NCBI GenBank assembly: GCA_046726415.1
Contig: JBKPAK010000017.1
Span: 1 to 34,635 of the forward strand
DNA length: 34,635 nt
Reading direction: 5' to 3'
Origin: Candidatus Methylomirabilota bacterium
GTDB lineage: Bacteria; Methylomirabilota; Methylomirabilia; Rokubacteriales; CSP1-6
Shown here: positions 1 through 7,958 of the stretch, one piece after another
Layout: the number at the start of each line of letters is the position of its first letter
How positions within the stretch are numbered: the stretch's first letter is position 1
Notes under the pieces: model-generated
The model's input: the letters and a program-made list of their open reading frames with translations, nothing else
What the model was told of the DNA's origin: nothing
Database searches by the model: none
Program-made: the position numbers and the translations under genes

Positions 1-397
<397 letters not shown>

Positions 398-428
398 TCA
401 GTCTCCTCCTTGAGTCGAGTGCTGTGAG

Positions 429-716
429 CTAGTCGAGCACCGCGAGAACGTCTTCCTCGCGCAGGATCAGGTACTCCTTGTCGTCGATCTTGACCTCGGA
501 GCCGGAGTACTTGCCGAAGAGGATTCGGTCGCCGGCTTTCACGTCGAGGGGGATCTTCTTGCCCTCATCGGTGACCTTGCCGGTCCCCGTGGCGATGACC
601 TTGGCCTCCTGCGGCTTCTCCTTGGCCGTGTCGGGAATGATGATGCCCCCCTTTTTGACCTCCTTCTCTTCGACGCGCTCGACGAGAATGCGGTCGTGTA
701 ACGGACGAATCTTCAT
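429..716 (-). CDS. groS: co-chaperonin GroES
   Basis: [17 protein letters not shown]...[14 protein letters not shown]...KYSGSEVK...[15 protein letters not shown] spacing favours ATG 716; ATG 725 is the alternative. Confidence 0.97.
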   Translation of the reverse strand: MKIRPLHDRILVERVEEKEVKKGGIIIPDTAKEKPQEAKVIATGTGKVTDEGKKIPLDVKAGDRILFGKYSGSEVKIDDKEYLILREEDVLAVLD

Positions 717-786
717 ACCTGCCATCTCCTCCTGTGATTGGTCTGCTGCGACACTGGCAGCCCGTGCAAGGGCCTTCACCACACTG

Positions 787-813
787 TTAGCACTTGTATA
801 TGAAGAGTGCTAA
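787..813. promoter_or_regulatory. CIRCE element (HrcA operator) upstream of groESL
   Basis: Minus strand reads TTAGCACTC-N9-AAGTGCTAA, one mismatch to TTAGCACTC-N9-GAGTGCTAA. A TTGACG -35-like hexamer lies next to it at 816-821 (minus strand). Confidence 0.93.
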
Positions 814-829
814 CTCGTCAAGCTGGAGC

Positions 830-854
830 TTAAGTAATTGATTTAATTACTTAA
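830..854. promoter_or_regulatory. AT-rich perfect inverted repeat containing an IHF-like consensus
   Basis: TTAAGTAATT-GATTT-AATTACTTAA has perfect 10-bp arms. The minus strand contains AATCAA-TTAC-TTA, which matches WATCAANNNNTTR. Confidence 0.6.
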
Positions 855-902
855 TGTTCGTCTTCACGCGCGAGGGCCTACAACCTCCCTCTGAGCGAGC
901 AG

Positions 903-998
903 TGTGACCGGCTCCGTTCGGCCCCTGACGCCGCTCCGCTTTGGAGGCCGACGAAGAGGGAGGAAGCGGCAGAAACTCCCTCAGCCGGACCGGTCACA
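903..998. ncRNA. candidate structured RNA (three-way junction with a possible loop-loop pseudoknot)
   Basis: Pairings read by eye: 903-911/990-998 with 913-916/986-989; 918-923/946-951; 956-962/976-982; and loop-loop GCCGCT 930-935 with AGCGGC 965-970. No known family recognised. Confidence 0.35.
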
Positions 999-1008
999 TC
1001 GCGGCCGG

Positions 1009-1173
1009 TCAGGACTTGCGTGACGTTTTCGAAAAGAAGGTCCCCAGGAGTGGCCGGACGTCGTGCCCGTGACAGTGGGGACAGGTGGCGTTTCCCTTGT
1101 CGTGCTCGCTGATTGACATGGGGATCGTCACTTCCCGCCGGCAGGTCTCACAGTAGTATTCGTAGAGAGGCAT
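1009..1173 (-). CDS. FmdB-family zinc-ribbon protein (54 aa; below the ORF-track cutoff)
   Basis: Manual translation MPLYEYYCETCRREVTIPMSISEHDKGNATCPHCHGHDVRPLLGTFFSKTSRKS shows the MPxYEYxCxxC...CPxC signature. GAGGAG RBS upstream. Confidence 0.9.
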   Translation of the reverse strand: MPLYEYYCETCRREVTIPMSISEHDKGNATCPHCHGHDVRPLLGTFFSKTSRKS

Positions 1174-1332
1174 CGTCGCATCTCCTCTCGCCGCAAGTTC
1201 GTCGTTCGGCGCTCTGAGCGATCTGGGGCAGTACGCCTGTCACCCTATACGCTGGGGTGCCACCGCGCTAGCCGCGGTGCGCCATAACGGCTGGTAGGAA
1301 GCCGGGCGGCTCCTCGAGCTCTCCCCCAGACT

Positions 1333-2160
1333 CTAGTCCTGCACCTCGACGGCCAAGTAGAGATCGCCCGGAGGGCCACCCGGCGCGCGGTGCCCCTTGC
1401 CGCGCAGCCGCAGCCGCGTGCCGGATCGGATCCCCGAGGGAATGGTCACCAGCAACTCGTCGCGCCCGTCCTCGCGCTCCACCTCGAGCCGCTTCCGGCC
1501 CCCATTCCGAGCTTCCCTCCGTGTGAGGCGAAGCTGAACGGTAACATCGCGATCGTTGCGCCCCGCCGGGAGGGCGCCGGGAAGACCGAGAAACCGTCGG
1601 CCCGCATCCACGAGTCGCCCGAGGAGTCCCGGAGACGGGGTAATCGGTCGCGGCGCGCGCTCCTCGACGGGGACCCGGGCAGTGCGCAGGGCGGCGCGCA
1701 TAAGACGCAGCAGCCCGACGGCCGAGGTGAATGGCGTCACCACGACCACGCCGCCCGAGATTACCGTGCGGCCGCCGAACAGCGTCTGCTGAAAGGCGTG
1801 GCGGTCGACGCGCACGCCGATGCGCTCGAACTCGCGCACCAGCTCTTCAAACACCTCGCTCGCGCGCGGATCGGCGAAGAGGTCGCGGAAGATATCTTCA
1901 CGCTTGTGCCGGAAGCTGCCAGGAGCCCCGACCTGCCGCGCTCGATCGTACTCGCGCCGCTTGGCAGGATCGACGAGGACCGCATACGCTTCGCTGATCC
2001 CTTTGAAGCGCTCTGCCGCACTGGTATTGCCCGCGTTGCGATCGGGGTGCCACTGCAGAGCCAGCCGCCGGTACGACTTTCGGATCTCCTCTTCGGTCGC
2101 CTCCGGAGCGAGCCCGAGCGCAGCGTAGTAGTCTTTGTCGAATCGGGTCCTCGGCGCCAT
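1333..2160 (-). CDS. J-domain (DnaJ/CbpA-like) protein without a zinc finger
   Basis: DYYAALGL...YRRLALQWHPDRN (HPD motif) and a C-terminal DnaJ_C-like segment (VTIPSGIRSGTRLRLRGKG...GDLYL). A TGgTATTCT -10 box lies 7 nt before ATG 2160. Confidence 0.9.
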   Translation of the reverse strand: MAPRTRFDKDYYAALGLAPEATEEEIRKSYRRLALQWHPDRNAGNTSAAERFKGISEAYAVLVDPAKRREYDRARQVGAPGSFRHKREDIFRDLFADPRASEVFEELVREFERIGVRVDRHAFQQTLFGGRTVISGGVVVVTPFTSAVGLLRLMRAALRTARVPVEERAPRPITPSPGLLGRLVDAGRRFLGLPGALPAGRNDRDVTVQLRLTRREARNGGRKRLEVEREDGRDELLVTIPSGIRSGTRLRLRGKGHRAPGGPPGDLYLAVEVQD

Positions 2161-2250
2161 GGGCACCAGAATACCAGGGGACCGGAGCCAGTTCAGATGA
2201 CCCGCTGGGCGGCGGTCCGTCGATGCTGGCCGCCAGCCTGGGGGTGCGGC

Positions 2251-3459
2251 TCAGTTGTCGGGCGAGACGATGTCGCGCGCGCCGGCGGTGCGGCCAAGAG
2301 CCTCGCGCGGCATCTCGCGCCCGGCATCCGCGTAGGCCTTGGCGATGGCCTCCACGTTCGGGCCGAAGATGTCGCGTCGCCGCTCGCGGGCCCAGCGGTT
2401 GGAATCGGCGACGGTGTCGAGCGAGCCCTGGAATTGCGGCATCACGTACCGCGCGAACAGCTCGTAGCTCTTGAGCGTATCGTGGCGGTTCGCCCACTCC
2501 TGGGCGCGGAAGAGAATGCCGCCCGTGCCCCCCCGCGTCTGCTCGAGCAGCCGCCTGATGCCCGCGGCGACCGTGTCTGGCGAACCGACAAGGGTGGTTC
2601 CCATGCGGACGCCCTCGCGCAGCGGATCATCGGAGCGCCCAGGCGGCCGTCCCAGGGTCTCCTCGAAGTACGTGACCGTTTCGTGCCGCTCTCCCGCGTG
2701 CACCTGTCGCAACGCCAGCTCGTCCTCCTCGGCCACGTGCACGTTGGTGACCAATCGCCAGGCGCGCCGGTCCATACGCTTGCCGTGCGCGGCCGCTGTC
2801 TCCTCCGCGATCTTCCACTGGTCGGCCAGCGCTTCGGGACCGCCGGGAAGCCCCGCGGCCAGCGAGAGAACGCCCAACCCATGCTTGCCCGCTGCCACCA
2901 CGCCCGAGGGCGTGAGCGTGCTGGCGACGGCGATGGGAAAGTGCGGCTCCGTGTACGGCGCCAAGTGCAGGCGCGCGTCGCGCATCTCGAACCAATCGGT
3001 CTTCATGGTGAAGGGGCCGTCGCACTGGAGCAGCGCCATGATGGCGGTGAGCGACTCGTCCATGCGCTGTCGCTGCGTCACCGGCTCGATGCCCATCATG
3101 TAGGCGTCGGAGACCAGAGCGCCCGGTCCGCAGCCGAGCATGGCCCGGCCGCGCGTCATGTGATCGAGCTGGACGAAGCGCTGCGCCACCATGAGCGGGT
3201 GGTGGTACGGGAGGCTGGTGACGCCGGAGCCCAGCATGATGTGGCGAGTCCGCTCCGCCGCTGCCGCGATGGTCAGTTCGGGCGCGGCGATCAGCTCCCA
3301 ACCGGCGGAGTGATGCTCGCCGATCCACGCTTCGTCGTATCCCAGGTGATCGAGGCACTCGATCAGCTCCATGTCGCGCGCGAGGGCCAGCGTGGGATTT
3401 TCGCCGACGCGGTGGAACGGCGCCAGGAAGATACCGAACTTCAGTCCGCGATGAGCCAT
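2251..3459 (-). CDS. LLM-class flavin-dependent monooxygenase (limonene monooxygenase-like subfamily)
   Basis: KFGIFLAPFHRVGENPTLAL, GYDEAWIGEHHS and LDHMTRGRAMLGCGPGAL are luciferase-like motifs. Confidence 0.9.
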   Translation of the reverse strand: MAHRGLKFGIFLAPFHRVGENPTLALARDMELIECLDHLGYDEAWIGEHHSAGWELIAAPELTIAAAAERTRHIMLGSGVTSLPYHHPLMVAQRFVQLDHMTRGRAMLGCGPGALVSDAYMMGIEPVTQRQRMDESLTAIMALLQCDGPFTMKTDWFEMRDARLHLAPYTEPHFPIAVASTLTPSGVVAAGKHGLGVLSLAAGLPGGPEALADQWKIAEETAAAHGKRMDRRAWRLVTNVHVAEEDELALRQVHAGERHETVTYFEETLGRPPGRSDDPLREGVRMGTTLVGSPDTVAAGIRRLLEQTRGGTGGILFRAQEWANRHDTLKSYELFARYVMPQFQGSLDTVADSNRWARERRRDIFGPNVEAIAKAYADAGREMPREALGRTAGARDIVSPDN

Positions 3460-3686
3460 GATCCCCTCTGCCGAGGACGGTGATCCCCGATTGTTGGAGC
3501 CACGAGCACTCCTCCGTCCGAGTCTACGGCGCTCCGGCCATCAGCACCAGAGGCCCGTCGACGGTCTTTGGCCTCCTCCTGGTGAGCCTGGTGGGGTGAG
3601 CGACGCGCGGCGAATCGCCGCGTTCCTCGGCAACCCTCTCTCGTGCGAGGATTCTACGCACAGCGACGCTCGAGAGGGAGGTGGCC

Positions 3687-4625
3687 ATGAGGATCGGATT
3701 CATCGGTCTGGGCACGATGGGGCAGCACATGGCGATGAACCTGCTGCAGGCCGGTCACGCGCTGGTGGTCAACGACCTCCGGCGGGAGGCGGCCAAACCG
3801 CCTCTCGCGGCAGGGGCCACGTGGGCTGACACGCCCCGCCAGGCCGCCACGTCCAGCGAAGTCGTCTTCACATCGCTTCCGGGACCTCTCGAGGTGGAGG
3901 CCGTTGCGCTGGGGCACGAGGGTCTGCTTGCCGGCATGGCCGCCGGCACGGCCTATTTCGACCTCACCACCAATTCACCGACGCTCGTGAGGCGCCTGCA
4001 CGCCCAGTTCTCGGAGCGCGGCGTTGCGGTGCTCGACGCGCCGGTCAGCGGAGGCCCCCGTGGCGCCCGCACCCGAAAGCTCGCACTCTGGGTAGGCGGC
4101 GACGAGGCAGTGTTCCAGCGGTATCAGGCGGTGCTGGACGCCATCGGCGACCAGGCGCGCTACGTGGGACCCATCGGAGCCGGGTCGGTGGCGAAGCTGG
4201 TTCACAACTGCGCCGGATACGGCATCCAGGCCGTGCTGGCCGAAGTCTTCACGCTCGGCGTGAAGGCGGGCGTGGAGCCGCTCGCCCTCTGGCAAGCGGT
4301 CCGTCAAGGGGCGCTTGGGCGCCGCCGCACGTTCGAGGGGCTGATCGATCAGTTCTTGCCCGGTGTCTTCGAGCCGCCCGCCTTCGCGTTGCGACTGGCT
4401 CACAAGGATGTCACCCTGGCCACGGCGCTCGGGCGGGAGAAGGACGTCCCGATGCGCATGGCGAACCTCGCGCTCGCCGAGCTCACCGAGGCCCTCAACC
4501 GGGGCTGGGGTGAGCGGGATTCTCGCGTGGCCATGCTCCTTCAGGAGGAACGAGCGGGTGTGGAGATCCGCGTGCCGCCGTCAGCGCTTCGCGCGGCTCT
4601 CGAAGAGACGCCACCCGGTTCATGA
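3687..4625 (+). CDS. NAD(P)-dependent beta-hydroxyacid dehydrogenase (MmsB/GarR family)
   Basis: [11 protein letters not shown]ossmann motif, LDAPVSGG, catalytic K in AKLVHN, and [22 protein letters not shown] 3681 is an alternative start. Confidence 0.92.
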   Translation: MRIGFIGLGTMGQHMAMNLLQAGHALVVNDLRREAAKPPLAAGATWADTPRQAATSSEVVFTSLPGPLEVEAVALGHEGLLAGMAAGTAYFDLTTNSPTLVRRLHAQFSERGVAVLDAPVSGGPRGARTRKLALWVGGDEAVFQRYQAVLDAIGDQARYVGPIGAGSVAKLVHNCAGYGIQAVLAEVFTLGVKAGVEPLALWQAVRQGALGRRRTFEGLIDQFLPGVFEPPAFALRLAHKDVTLATALGREKDVPMRMANLALAELTEALNRGWGERDSRVAMLLQEERAGVEIRVPPSALRAALEETPPGS

Positions 4626-4694
4626 GTCGAGGCGCCCGCCACCCCCGGGTGATCGCACGGTATCGCGACAGAGGCAGCCGCCGCAGGAGGGAGT

Positions 4695-5105
4695 CTAGGG
4701 AGCCGCGGGCGGACAAGCGCGCGGCAGCGCATCGCTGGCCGGGGAGGCACACTGCGCGTGCACTGCGCCCGAGATCGCGGCGATCAATCTGTGCGTGTCC
4801 ACGGGTTTCGAGAAGGCCCTGAAGACGCCGAGCCGCTGCGCCACTTCGAGATCCCGGTCGCTTCCCGATGCTGCGATCACCATGATATCCGGCTGTTCCT
4901 GCCGAACGTGCCGGATGATGTCGAGACCGTGAACACCGGGGAGGTTCAGATCTGTCAGCACCACACGAGGGTGCCAGCGCCGCACCAGCTCCAGCCCGTC
5001 CCAGCCGTGGGCAGCCTCGCTCACCTCGTGTCCCGCGAGGGTGAGAGCGAGCACCCAAAGGGCACGGACTTCCCCGTTGTCCTCGATGATCAAAACTCTA
5101 GCCAT
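4695..5105 (-). CDS. single-domain response regulator (CheY-like receiver)
   Basis: MARVLIIEDN, VLTDLNLPGVHG (phospho-acceptor Asp), IAASG and FSKP. No output domain. Confidence 0.88.
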   Translation of the reverse strand: MARVLIIEDNGEVRALWVLALTLAGHEVSEAAHGWDGLELVRRWHPRVVLTDLNLPGVHGLDIIRHVRQEQPDIMVIAASGSDRDLEVAQRLGVFRAFSKPVDTHRLIAAISGAVHAQCASPASDALPRACPPAAP

Positions 5106-5268
5106 CGCAGTTCGTGGCACTGAATCGGCGACTGCCGTGTCATCATTGCAGGGGCTGTGCCAGTCAGATCGGGCGAACGAACTCAAGGGCATAGCCACTA
5201 TTGTGCTCGTGACGCGTCCTCGGTCCGGACGCCCACTGTTCGGGCCTCGACACGCCAGGCGTGCCTCC

Positions 5269-6534
5269 CTACCACGGACGTGCGTGCGTCCAGGCGAGGC
5301 CCGTGCGATGGGCGACGAGCACGAGGGCGGTCACAGCGAGCAGACCGGCTCCCCCACCCAGGGCGCAGGCGACCCGCACGCCGAGGTGTTCGGCAATCGA
5401 GCCGACCAGGAGCGACCCGAACGGAGTCATTCCCGCAAACGTCAAGGCGTACAGTCCCATCACCCGGCCCCGCAAGGCGTCCGGCGTGACGAGCTGGAGC
5501 GTGGTATTGCAGCTCGTGGTGAAGAAAATCTGGCAGCATCCGAGTGCGGCCAGCAGGGCCGCGGTGCTCTCGAAGCGGCCGACGAGCGCGAGCATGATGA
5601 TGCCGACGCAGAGCGCGGCGGCGGAGGCGGCCAAGTGCCAGAGCGGCGGACGGCCGCGGCGGAGCAAGGCGAGACCAATGGCTCCGGCGACGGCCCCGGC
5701 GCCCAACGCCGACATGAGGAGCCCGAATCCGCGCGCTCCCTGGTGCAGCACGGTGTGAGCCACCAGAGGCACCACGACGTTGAAGTTGAGGACCAGCAGG
5801 CTCACCGCGACGAGTAACCCGAGCGTGAACGCCACGGGAGGCGTTCCCGTCGCATAGCTGACCGCGCCGAGCAGCCCCTCCCTGATCCCCAGCCGGCCGG
5901 CCGGGTCGGGGCGCCCGTCCGTGCTGATGGCCGCCAGCGCAGCCAGGACGGCGACGAAGCTCACGCCGTTCAGGGCGAAGGCGACCGTCACGCCGAAGCG
6001 AGCGATGAGCAGCCCCGCCACCGCGGGGCCGACGATGCGCGCACCGTTGAAGACAACCGAATTGAGCGCGACAGCATTGGGAAGATCGAACTTGCCGACC
6101 AGATCAGTGACGTAGGCCTGACGTGCGGGAATGTCCATCGCCCGCCCCAGCCCATAGATCGCGGCCAGGATCGCCACGTGCCAATAGCGGACGTGGCCGC
6201 TCCAGACGAGCAGGGCCAGCGCCAAGGCCTGCACCATCATCGTCGTCTGCGTCACCAGCAGGATCTGTCGCTTCCCGATGCGGTCGCTCAGGGCGCCGCC
6301 GATCGGTGACAGGAACAAGATGGGGGTGAACTGCAGCGCGGTCACCAGCCCCAGCTGAAATGGAGACCGGGTTAGCTCGAGCACGAGCCACGCCTGGCCC
6401 ACGCTCTGCATCCACGTCCCGATCTGCGAGATCAGTTGGCCGATCCAGAACAACCGGAAGTCTCGATGGCGAAGGGCGCCGAGGGATGCTGGGGTCGGCG
6501 TGTCCGCGGGCCCCGCCCGGCTAGTGATTCTCAC
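5269..6534 (-). CDS. MFS transporter (MFS_3/EntS-like)
   Basis: ALRHRDFRLFWIGQLISQIGTWMQSVGQAWLV, GGALSDRIGKR and LRGRVMGLY, with about 12 hydrophobic segments. Start uncertain: GTG 6534 chosen, ORF open to 6600. Confidence 0.9.
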   Translation of the reverse strand: MRITSRAGPADTPTPASLGALRHRDFRLFWIGQLISQIGTWMQSVGQAWLVLELTRSPFQLGLVTALQFTPILFLSPIGGALSDRIGKRQILLVTQTTMMVQALALALLVWSGHVRYWHVAILAAIYGLGRAMDIPARQAYVTDLVGKFDLPNAVALNSVVFNGARIVGPAVAGLLIARFGVTVAFALNGVSFVAVLAALAAISTDGRPDPAGRLGIREGLLGAVSYATGTPPVAFTLGLLVAVSLLVLNFNVVVPLVAHTVLHQGARGFGLLMSALGAGAVAGAIGLALLRRGRPPLWHLAASAAALCVGIIMLALVGRFESTAALLAALGCCQIFFTTSCNTTLQLVTPDALRGRVMGLYALTFAGMTPFGSLLVGSIAEHLGVRVACALGGGAGLLAVTALVLVAHRTGLAWTHARPW

Positions 6535-6743
6535 ACCACCGCATAGACCTCGTTTCCCGGGCGCCGAGCGGCGCCCGGTCCATCCACTCGGGCGGGACAT
6601 CGATGAAGTGCGTCATCTCGCTGCTCAGAAGATCGGATGCCACGCGGTCGAACCTCCGGAGAGGATTTTAGCGGATCGGGTTCCTGGGCAGTCAAACGAT
6701 GCTGCCTCCGCTCCCCAGGAACGACTCCGCGCCGCGTGTCTGC

Positions 6744-6977
6744 CTACCCGAGGACCTCCGCGTGCCAGACGGCGAAGCACGGCCGATGAAAGCACAAGGT
6801 CCGTCCATCGAGGAAGTCCGCTTCCACCTCAATGTCCGTCTCAGACATCGGCCGGTCGCATACAGTGCAGAGACGACCGCTGCCCCAGCGGCCCTCCCGC
6901 GTCCGATTCGGCAGCTCCGCAGGAAGGTAACCACGACGGAGCTTCGCGGTGATCGTGGGATGGTCGGGCGCCGGCAT
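6744..6977 (-). CDS. small hypothetical protein with a CxxC...HxxC putative metal-binding motif
   Basis: MPAPDHPTITAKLRRGYLP...GSGRLCTVCDRPM...EVEADF...LCFHRPCFAVW (77 aa). Start uncertain. Confidence 0.65.
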   Translation of the reverse strand: MPAPDHPTITAKLRRGYLPAELPNRTREGRWGSGRLCTVCDRPMSETDIEVEADFLDGRTLCFHRPCFAVWHAEVLG

Positions 6978-7228
6978 GTCGCGTTCGTACCGGCACCCCG
7001 CATGCCAACGCGGAGTCTCAATTTCTCGGGTCCTTACCGGTGGGGACATGCTGGTGTGGCCCAGTGAGGTGGGCAGAGCGCTCATTTCAATGGACACCTG
7101 GCGGCCGATCTCGTCTCAGCACCCGTGGCAATTGGTCGACGTGGCACTCGGGCGCCGCGTCGCTCTGTGAGCGCGACGTCGGGGTCGGTGACCGGACGGC
7201 CCGGAGCGGGACGCGGAGAGGGATTCAC

Positions 7229-7402
7229 ATGGTCGAAGCAGGTGTGCCTGAGCGCGTGGCTGAGACCGTCACTGGCCAGCAGACACGGCCGGTCTTCGAT
7301 CGCCACAACATCGTCTCGCCAGCCCACCTGCGGGACACGGAGGCTGAGGGGGCGTCGTCGGTTGCGTTTGCCCGAGCGCAGGAAACGGTGTTGCGAAAGT
7401 AG
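7229..7402 (+). pseudogene. C-terminal relic of a tyrosine recombinase/integrase
   Basis: MVEAGVPERVAETVTGQQTRPVFDRHNIVSPAHLRD resembles the box II region (AGVPERVAM..TGHKT.SVFDRYNIV), with the catalytic Tyr replaced by His and GH by GQ. The N-terminus is absent and the ORF ends 15 bp before tRNA-Arg. Confidence 0.75.
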
Positions 7403-7417
7403 CTAAGATATAAGTAC

Positions 7418-7494
7418 GCGCCTGTAGCTCAGGTGGATAGAGCATCGGCCTTCTAAGCCGAGGGTCGCAGGTTCGATTCCTGCCAGGCGCGCCA
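7418..7494 (+). tRNA. tRNA-Arg(TCT)
   Basis: Acceptor stem GCGCCTG/CAGGCGC, anticodon arm TCGGC-CTTCTAA-GCCGA, T-loop GTTCGATTC and an encoded CCA; 77 nt. Confidence 0.97.
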
Positions 7495-7548
7495 TCGCTT
7501 GGCGGGACGAGCGGGCAGGCATGTCCCCTGCCCTGCGCAGCCCAGTGG

Positions 7549-7613
7549 GCCAATGCCTCCCACACCGGAGCATCATCCAGCGAGCCAATACCTCCCACGC
7601 CGGAGCATCACCC
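7549..7613. repeat. imperfect direct repeat, two 30-bp copies with a 35-bp period
   Basis: GCCAATGCCTCCCACACCGGAGCATCATCC (7549-7578) versus GCCAATACCTCCCACGCCGGAGCATCACCC (7584-7613); 27 of 30 identical. Confidence 0.8.
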
Positions 7614-7657
7614 CGATTCCCGCGCCTGCTAGCTGGGCCTCCGTCCGGCCCGAAGGA

Positions 7658-7861
7658 CTACTGCGGCGGGTAGCGGAACGGCGCCCACCCATCGGCGCGG
7701 AGCGGGGCCGGCGAATACCGCGCCGCCTCGCTGACCCGCGGCTCGCTGACGGGCGCAACCTTGGTGGGCTGCCTGGCTCCGGCTGGCTTGCTGACTGGCT
7801 TCTTGACCGCCTTCCTGGCCGCCTTCTTCGCCGGCTTGCTGGTCTTTACGCGCTTCTTCAT
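7658..7861 (-). CDS. small Lys/Ala/Pro-rich basic protein (67 aa)
   Basis: MKKRVKTSKPAKKAARKAVKKPVSKP...RYSPAPLRADGWAPFRYPPQ, directly preceded by a near-consensus promoter. Confidence 0.75.
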   Translation of the reverse strand: MKKRVKTSKPAKKAARKAVKKPVSKPAGARQPTKVAPVSEPRVSEAARYSPAPLRADGWAPFRYPPQ

Positions 7862-7868
7862 GGCGCGC

Positions 7869-7897
7869 ACTCTACAAAATCGGCGCGAGGCGGTCAA
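7869..7897 (-). promoter_or_regulatory. sigma70-type promoter giving a leaderless transcript
   Basis: TTGACC-N17-TAGAGT-N7-ATG, with no SD sequence. Confidence 0.75.
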
Positions 7898-7958
7898 TCG
7901 TCGCATGCGCCCCGCGGACTGGACGTCGGAGGGGCGGGACGGCCCGTGGTGAGAACGA

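Noticed and set aside
925-976. Hammerhead ribozyme (CTGAC...GAAAC) or SRP RNA (GGAAGCGGC)
   Set aside because: The core reads CUGACGC rather than CUGANGA with no proper stem arrangement, and the SRP helix-8 tetraloop/CAGG motif is absent.
1390-3483. 697-aa plus-strand ORF (likewise 27273-29969, 20259-22091, 14864-16279, 18995-20317 and others)
   Set aside because: These are antisense shadows of well-supported genes, expected in high-GC DNA, with no recognisable motifs.
7513-7533. Rho-independent terminator after tRNA-Arg
   Set aside because: A 7-bp hairpin is present but no U-tract follows, so it is not called.
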